From: Ancylonema sp.
Taxonomy: Eukaryota
Length of the DNA stretch: 64,000 nt
Assembly: GCA_050230475.1 (NCBI GenBank)
Contig: JBFLGF010000193.1
Coordinates: 1-64,000 of the forward strand
Direction: 5' to 3'
Numbering within the stretch: position 1 is the stretch's first letter; every line of letters starts with the position of its first letter. Under the pieces are notes generated by a model. That model made no database searches. It was not told the DNA's origin and was given only the letters and a program-made list of their open reading frames with translations. Shown here piece by piece: positions 56,247 to 64,000 of the stretch. Both the position numbers and the translations under genes were made by a program.

Positions 56247-57822
56247 ATGCAGGTGGCAGCTCCAGAATCTGTACCGAATCAGCTGTCGTTGTTCATGGCG
56301 GCACAGGCTGAGCGAGCTCTCGCCTATAATGAGTTTGAGCGGTGAGCAAACATCTCTCTGTTTCGAGCAACCTCTGGTTCTTTGTCTTGACTCTGTCGAA
56401 ATCAGAACCAGGCCTTCAGGATGACATCTGACGGTCCTCTTAAGTCCACTCGAATGACGTTGGTTCTCCGTGCAGAGGTTTTAAAAAACATATGGTTGGG
56501 GGACCTGTATCTGAATACGAGGCCCTGTGTGCGGCTGTCACAGCAACTTTCAACAAGTGCTCCAGTCAGGTCAGTGGTAGCTTCAATGTATCTCCTCTTC
56601 TGAAAAACTGGCTCATGTATGGAGTCAGTATGTTTTTCTACAATTTCTGCTGCAAGACGGTCAGGCTTTGTTGGTGCCTCTCGGTGGTCCTCTAACTATC
56701 CCCACCTGCCTTCACACTACTTTGTGTTTTTTCTTCAAAGGACATATTTGCCTTATTGATTTGAGGTGTCAATGATAAATTCACGGCAGGTTAAAGCCGT
56801 ATCTGCTACTTTGAGGAACGGATCCCAACCACGACCAGACTTAGCAGACATTTTACAAGACATACAAACCGAAGAGCGAAAGAAGTTGCAGTCGGTGAGC
56901 ATCTACTTGACGAGTCTCTATGTCGCTTGTTAAGAAGACGGTGCATGCATTCGTTACCAACATATCAATGTGAGGTCGTGTGAACTTTTGAGTCTTGCCT
57001 TGAGAGGAAGAACAAAGTGAAAATTCATAAATAAACTTTCTTACATCTTTTTATGTGGGAGCATTGAATGGTCATGACGAGAGGGAGTGGCATTGCATGA
57101 GGAAGCAGTATGCATAACGATGGACATCATTGATACGTACATCAGTAATTGTGTTCCCAAATTATTATGTCACTTTTCAAAGAATATTACACTCTGTAGG
57201 CTTGTAGTAGTAGCCTATTCATTGCCATGTCCCAGCCCGAATACTTCGCTACCATGATTATTATGGGCCCACTTCATGTAATTCAGGGGATGCACCAGAT
57301 TCTTGGTTGTGGACTTGCCAATACTACAACGAAGAAGTCATTAAGAGGCGATGGTTCCTCAACCCTAGATGGGAGGGCCTGTTATTTGAAGCTCTTTATT
57401 CCATGAAGTTTTTAATCATCTACATCATTGAGAGAGGTTTAGTAAACTCGTTTGTTTTTTTTGCTAGAATCTTCCACTAATGTACGCTTCTTGGGATCTC
57501 ATACTTTGTTTGTGTGGTGGGTGTTGTAAATCGTTCTCTACAGACAGTAAAGCTACAAGTTTTGCGGGAAGGCAGGAAGGATCTTGAAAGCCATTCGAAT
57601 GGTGCCAAATCGATTGGACTAGAAGCTAGGTGGAGTACACACACTACGAATGCTATTGGAGTTGAACTAGAGGATGACTCCAATGGTGTTACTCAAGGTT
57701 CTTCAGATTTCACTAGCGAAATGCATCTAGCAACTAGAGCTTTGGAGCAAGCAATCGACACAATAAATGGGTACATTGAGGAGATACGATACGCTTTGGA
57801 GGAACTCCAAGGGGATTTGTGA
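56247..57822 (+). CDS. REX1-B domain protein (required for excision 1-B / C19orf60-like), at least 4 exons
   Basis: Spliced reading LSLFMAAQAERALAYNEFER/GFKKH..YEALCAAVTATFNKCSSQ/V...RPDLADILQDIQTEERKKLQS/TVKLQVL...AIDTINGYIEEIRY. There may be an extra first exon near 56050. Confidence 0.72.
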
Positions 57823-59680
57823 TACCTGTAAAACCACTCGATACATGGCATCCTTAAAACTCCCCGGTGCCTCCCACTTGTTCACATGTGTTTGTTCTTG
57901 GAAAGGAGTGGAGCCGTCATTTTGATTGCTGAAACAACTTTCGTTGAGCTTCATTGTTTGTCCCCTCAATTTGTTGGGAATGTAGGGTTCTTGAACGCAA
58001 GTTGGCGCTTCTTGTTGAAAGACCTCATGTAGTTGTACAATAATAACATTCTATGTCACGCTATTTATTTGTTAGCTTTGAAGTAGTATCACTTGCTGGC
58101 ACGTGCGATGTCTATATGTGTCCCTTGCACAATTCAATGCTGGACGTCGTGTGACCGGGCGGGAGTATTCTAGGACAAGGAATGGCGAGGTGTGACTAGC
58201 ATTGTGAATGTCACGTTTACACCTTACACGTACACTAGTACGTAAGGTGTGATGTAACATAAAACGTAGAATTACATGTAATTATTACGCATTACACATA
58301 ATTTGTAAATTATTCGTTACAACAACCAAAATTCCCAAGAACGTGAAGTCGATTAAAGTCCGGTCATAATAATTAATAAAATATTAATTTGTATGATAAA
58401 TTTTTATTTTTACATACATATTGTTAAATTAAAATATTGAAAAAAAAAATGATGCATTTCTTAATACTAATTATTTTTACGGAAATCATTATGTAGTTGC
58501 GAAACCTTTTTCCCACGTACATTGGCATACTATATTACCAAGTTTACTCTTCAACATCACCATTGAGTCATCGAAATCTTACGCATCAATGACTCAATGT
58601 CGTAATGAAAAGGTCACCATCTTTGTTATTGCAAAGTTTGCTAGTCTTGGTAGCTGTCAAGTTGTATTCACCGTTATTTTTCTTTGATGAGAGTGTGTTT
58701 TTGGGGCATTCTCATGACTTGGGCCACAATGCTAAATAAAACAAACTTCTCCGTCGCTGTGTGTCGTGTCTCGTAACGAGAGTGCACCCAAGATTCTTTC
58801 ATGTAGATATCTCTACTTGGTTGTTGGACTTCTTGCAATCTCTGACGTAGAGCTCGAAGAGTCGCTTATGACACGGCAGGTAATCTTGAGGAGCCGTCCA
58901 TACTAGTTGCATTCGTGACTTTGCTCAACAGTGATCCTCATTTCCAAAAAACCGGTTACTCGTTGTCTGACAATCAGTCACCATGAATAATAGTATTATT
59001 CATGGTGCGTGCTCAAGTGGGATAAAATGTTGGTATGGGGCATTTGGTCGTGAGAACTTATACGAGTTGCGAAACAATGTTGCATTGAGAAAAAGAAAAT
59101 GGAAGTTGTTATATGAACTATTTGATGATCAATTTATGAACTATTTGAACAATTTACTTCACTACTATTGTTGAATGTTTGAAATTGTTGCGACCGGTAT
59201 TAGTGGCATAAAATACATTTCAGATTATATTCAACATAGAAACACGTTCTTGGGGCACATAATTCTATCACGAATGGGCAATCAAGTGAGTCTTTCTACA
59301 AAACAATCAATTGGCGGACATCTCAATAGTGTGTGCACATGCGGTACATAAAGTGTTGATATGAGGCGTTCAGTCGTGATGTTTTACTCGAGTTGTGCAC
59401 ATCTTATCAATAACATACCCAATATTTAGCGAGGAGTTTCATCAGTTTCTTATACTATTAGTTTCTTTTATTGTACCACAATACGGTATGTTGCTTTCGC
59501 TTTTTGTAATATAGTTTACAAACCTTTTGACACGTTTAACCTCAAAACGTTTGAAGACGCATATGTTGACGGTTTCGTATCATCTCAATTTTCTTGTAAT
59601 TTCGGGGTTTCTATCATATTTTCTACTCCGCGTAAAACACGTAGTCTAAACTTTAGACTATTGTGAGTCATAGTGAGACA

Positions 59681-60392
59681 CATAGTGGGTCCCCGAGCCC
59701 GAAAATATGCGCGCCGGCTCGAAGCTGGAGCGCGCGCGCGCCGGCTCGAAGCCGGGCTCGCAAAATCCGCGAGCGGAACGAGGCCCACAGGGGAAAAAAA
59801 AAACACAAATGGTAGCCCCGTCCCCCGCTAATCTGTGGACCATTATCCTTGCATAGTACTGTTTCATTACACTTCGTATTCCGTCATTATCCCGTCCCCG
59901 TTCGCAATTCCTCCTTGTCGTTTGCAAGCTACAATTCTGTCGTTTCGCATGTCTCCCGTTCATCGTATTTTTCCGTACCATCGTTGTCCTCCCATTCCTT
60001 CGTAATGTGTGACTATCATAGATTCAGTTTGTCGTTTGGGCTACAGAATCTATTATTTTTTTGGAGAAATCCCGCATCTGACGGCTGAGCATTGTTCAGT
60101 GCCCCGTCCCTCCCCCATGTCGTCCGATTCCCGTAATGTCAGAAGATCTTTAAGATTCGACATCATTCAGGTGCCAAAAAAAAAAAACCGGATCGATCAA
60201 ACGGATACGGTAACCTTCAGAATATGGTTACTATGTTCCCGACGTACTGCCCGAAGTTCCGGTAACTAGTAACTACCTGCTTCGCATAGGAAGTCGCATT
60301 TCGATGTTTCCGTTTTTGCCAGGCGGCTCGCGGACGCGCGCCAGCTCGGAGCCGAGCTCGCAAATTCCACGAGCGGAGCGCGACCCACTATG
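59681..60392. mobile_element. hAT MITE, second copy of the 9783-10468 family
   Basis: CATAGTGGGTC...GACCCACTATG with high internal similarity to the first copy. No TSD is visible. Confidence 0.88.
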
Positions 60393-60400
60393 AATAATAC

Positions 60401-61847
60401 CATAATTGGGCGCGCACAATTAAAATCGCGCACATGTTCGGAATATGTGCGCGAAACCCGCGCACATGTGCGACTTTAACTAGAAAAAATCGTGTGTTTT
60501 CGAGTTGAAGGCACCAAACTCGGAGCATGAAATGCAGTGCATATGATTGATACCAAGACAATAGTACATGGACATGTAAAACTAGTGTTATATGACAAGT
60601 TACAACCAAGTATTAATTTTGTACTTTGGTATGCACAACCTAGAAATTGCGGTGGTCACCGAATGAACCACACAGGGGTACAACAAGCTTTGTCGAGGTC
60701 GAAGTTGAATAAGTACCGGACTATGGTCAATATCTATAATACGCAGGCGTGCGTGCACTGTCATATTTAATCTCAATTGTTTTCGCCATATGACGAGCAT
60801 TCTTTAAGACGTAAAACATATTGTCAAGCAATACACGTTAGATGCATTTTCATTGGTGAGGTACTTTTGTGTCTCCCTAGACGCATATGATGAAGGGAAA
60901 GCTACTTGTAAGGACCAAGAATTTACCAAACCACACGTAGGGTGGTATGGTATGTTTGGCCACCACTACCGTACAGGGTTGGAGACACCGCCCTCCCGCC
61001 CTACTCCCTACCGTTTCACCGCGGGAGATACCGCGGGAGCTACCGATGCTCAATTATGTAGTAGGGGGTAGGGAAATTAGCCCAACTGCGGTTGGCTCGG
61101 TAGGGGGTAGGGCGGTGGGAAATAATCGGTAGGGAATAGTAGGGAATGGTAGGAAACGGTAGGGAATCGAATGTTTCCGGTACTTTTTTTTTTTTTGGTC
61201 GCAAATTATATCTTTCACTTTACGTTGGAAAAAAAAATCCCTACCGATTCCTACCGCTCCCTACCATGTCCCTACCGATTTCCCAACCGCCTACCGCCGC
61301 CCTACCCCCAACCGATGCCTAGCCAGGCTGAATCCAAAATCGGTAGGAAAGCTGTAGGGTGAGAATACCGGGTAGAAACCCCCTACCGCGGGCCGAACAT
61401 GCGGTGTCACCAACCCTACTACCGTAGTGGCCGAAGATAATGACCCGGGTTTTTTAAATCGAATTAATTTAATTGAGAAACTACTATTTGACCCAACCCG
61501 CGCACCCAAAAGAAATTTTACAAATATCCTGAAAAATATTTATTATCAAGTGACCGACATTGTAGGATGACCAAAAAAAAAAAAAAAAAAGACCTAACCC
61601 ACCCTTTTCATTATTATTTGAGGGTCACCATGTGTGGCCAATACAGTACACGTGTTAAGTACCGTATACAAAAGAAATGAATCTTACTACTATGGGAGCG
61701 GCTTTATACTTCGTTTTTTTTTTTTTTTTTTCTAATTATACATTTATCTGAAGAGGTGCGCGATGCGCACATGTTTGGAATATGTGCATCGCGCACATGA
61801 TGCGTACATGTGCGCCAAACCCACGCGCATGTGCGCGCCCAACTATG
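60401..61847. mobile_element. TIR element (hAT-like) containing nested MITEs
   Basis: CATAATTGGGCGCGCAC...GTGCGCGCCCAACTATG with GCACATGTGC subterminal motifs. No TSD is evident. Confidence 0.6.
60974..61418. mobile_element. hAT MITE with CCTACC subterminal repeats
   Basis: TIR CAGGGTTGGAGACACCGC / GCGGTGTCACCAACCCTA with a perfect 8-bp TSD CTACCGTA (60966-60973, 61419-61426). Confidence 0.88.
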
Positions 61848-62717
61848 CCTTGTAGGTAGCAATCCGCTATCCACTTGTCCGGATTGTAATTCCTTCTCCT
61901 GCAACTGAAATATGAAGTTGGGAATGGGTGTATAGATTGGGCGGATGTCATTTGACGCATTACTTGATCTTCTATGTGCATAGTTTCGGGGAATGGAGAG
62001 ACTCATGAGCACCAATCACCTCTACTCTGGAGGTGATTGATGCTCTTCAAGCAATGAGTTCATATCACTGCAGATCTTTGCCCATTGTGGGTGCCTTATT
62101 TAATGTTAATGCAGGACTGCCAATTGTGGGTGCAGCTCAGCCAGTGAACATCACCCGATTTATCAGCTCGTGTAGGGACTGAAAAACACCTGGACCAGAC
62201 TACCCAGTCTTGCTTGTTGATGGTAGCAATGAGGGATCGTGATTCGAGAGCGAGTCGGATAATACTAATGAGACTTGAATTCAAATTGGGTGCTCGTGTT
62301 ATTGTGCTGAGTAATATCCAGAAAACAAATCGTTAAGAACTTTGAGAATGTAGAAATCTTTCCATAATATGAGCTGATTTCAAATGATTGAAAGTGCGGA
62401 CCAAGTGGGGATATAATGGTACTATAGTTGAAGAACCCATGGGGATACACGACAAATTTATAACTGTTTTTAGCGGTTGACTCTACTTTACAATGGCTAC
62501 AACTACCGGGCACCGCTGCAAAGAGAACAAGTTGACCATCCAGCTGTAATACCAGACTTAAGTGGGGCCAGAGGACTTGCTTTCTTTTTCGAAGTCTCCA
62601 CTACCGATGACTTTTTACAAAACTTGGAAGAGTGATGCAGGGAGGAGTCGCCTTGACAGCTGTGCTTCTCCAACCATGGGCCCGCTACCTACCCAAACCA
62701 CTGACAGTGATCACATC

Positions 62718-63885
62718 TTAACCGGAAAAGGTGTCAAAAATGGTAGTGTGAAGGGGGTCTGCCAAGTGAGTGGCCCAGTTGTCCAGGGGACCCTTTCCTG
62801 TGGCAGCAGCCTGGGCGGCGACGCCCAAAGCGGCGAGCATAGCCAGTCTGGCGTGCTTCAACTCCGCCAACTTCAAGTTCTCAGCCTTCTCAGGGTCGGC
62901 AGCCAAACCAAGGGGATCAAAGTAGGCGCCCCCTGGATACAGTCGCTTCTCGGGTGTTAGCTCGGAGTTCCTCTGGAACTCAATGTAGCCAATCAGAAGG
63001 ACCTCAATGACAGTCAGAGCGGTGACACTGAACGGCAATGGAAGACCCAAGTATGAAGATCCCTGCTCAAGTTCGACCTGCACAGCACGACTTGTAGACA
63101 TAATGAGGGAAAGCTCAAAACAGAGGAGACACCCTTCAACTTACTTCCTGATTTAGCCAGTCAGCTGTTTCCATCGCAAACATTGCATCTACCGAAGACA
63201 TGAGCGTGTCCGGGGAATCCTACAACCGTTCAGCTTTCTGCAATTGATGTGGTGACGCTCTCTTACTACACAGAAACCAAATGCAGTACAACCTGACGAA
63301 AGTTATGGGCAAGAACATGCCAAGTATGTCTGCCTCAAGTACCTTTCCGGCGTCTTGCCACGTCACACCAGTCAGGGCTTCTACCGCGACAGCTCCGAGT
63401 ACACCAAGCATCGCCCATCGGCCGTGAATCACTTCGTTTTCACGGAATCGGTTCAGGCTGAAGACTTCGGTATAAGGCTGGAAGGTGTTGTTGGACAGCT
63501 CAACCTTAGCTTTGTCGATACGAGACCCGAGAAGTGCCCCAGCGGAATTTTTACCCAAATTCTGGTCCAAACTGTCAACGTCGAATTGAAGATATTCAGG
63601 AGATTTTCCTAGGGACAAAGGATCAAACCCGTAGTCGCCAAGGAGAGATCCGTCCAACCACGCAGGGGCCTTCGCTCCGGGGAACCAAAGCGGGCGGTCC
63701 TTGGAGTTGATCGCTTTCTTAACTGCAACACCCGCTTTCTTCACAGACTTTCCGATATTGAATTTTCCAGTGGCAGCGACGACTCGAGCACCATTGGTCG
63801 CCCCAAATGATTTGGTAATCGACCTATCCAAGCTGCTGAGCTCCATGGCGCTCGCTACAGTTCGAGAGGCGATTGAGACGGCCAT
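62718..63885 (-). CDS. LHCB4: Photosystem II minor antenna protein CP29, 2 exons
   Basis: Exons 63343-63885 and 62718-63077 (300 aa). [15 protein letters not shown], the CP29-specific insert [29 protein letters not shown] and the end [14 protein letters not shown]. Confidence 0.96.
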
Positions 63886-64000
63886 ACTGGATGTGGATCA
63901 GACTTCTGTGGATGGGTATAGCAAATAAGTTTTTCAACTGACAGTGAATGCAGCTAGCGTCAACAGTGTTTCCGGGCAATAAGGTTTGCTATGCACACCT

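Noticed and set aside
62013..62039. 10-bp inverted repeat CAATCACCTC...GAGGTGATTG downstream of LHCB4
   Set aside because: An isolated short hairpin with no Helitron CTRR end or other supporting context.

Overview
Eukaryotic nuclear DNA from a green plant. The combination of an intron-rich GRAS gene, LHCB4, PI4K-gamma and DUF3598 suggests a streptophyte alga (Zygnematophyceae or a relative); this is an inference. Seven spliced host genes are visible: RAD6-type UBC, COQ3, a DUF3598 protein, a GRAS transcription factor, type II PI4K-gamma, a REX1B-domain protein and LHCB4/CP29. They are separated by transposon-rich blocks. The most notable features are (1) a decayed Ty3/Gypsy-type element at about 1.3-5.6 kb whose pol reads protease, then a DNMT3-like C5 cytosine methyltransferase, then reverse transcriptase; (2) a Ty3/Gypsy element at 50654-53205 with no tRNA primer site but a perfect 11-nt Tf1-style self-priming duplex and a -1 frameshift cassette; (3) Copia elements with half-tRNA primer sites and TG...AA LTR ends; and (4) apparent point lesions in three conserved host genes (in-frame TAG in UBC, in-frame TGA in GRAS, DHG to DPG in PI4K). 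All gene models and homologies were read by eye from the sequence; no searches were run.
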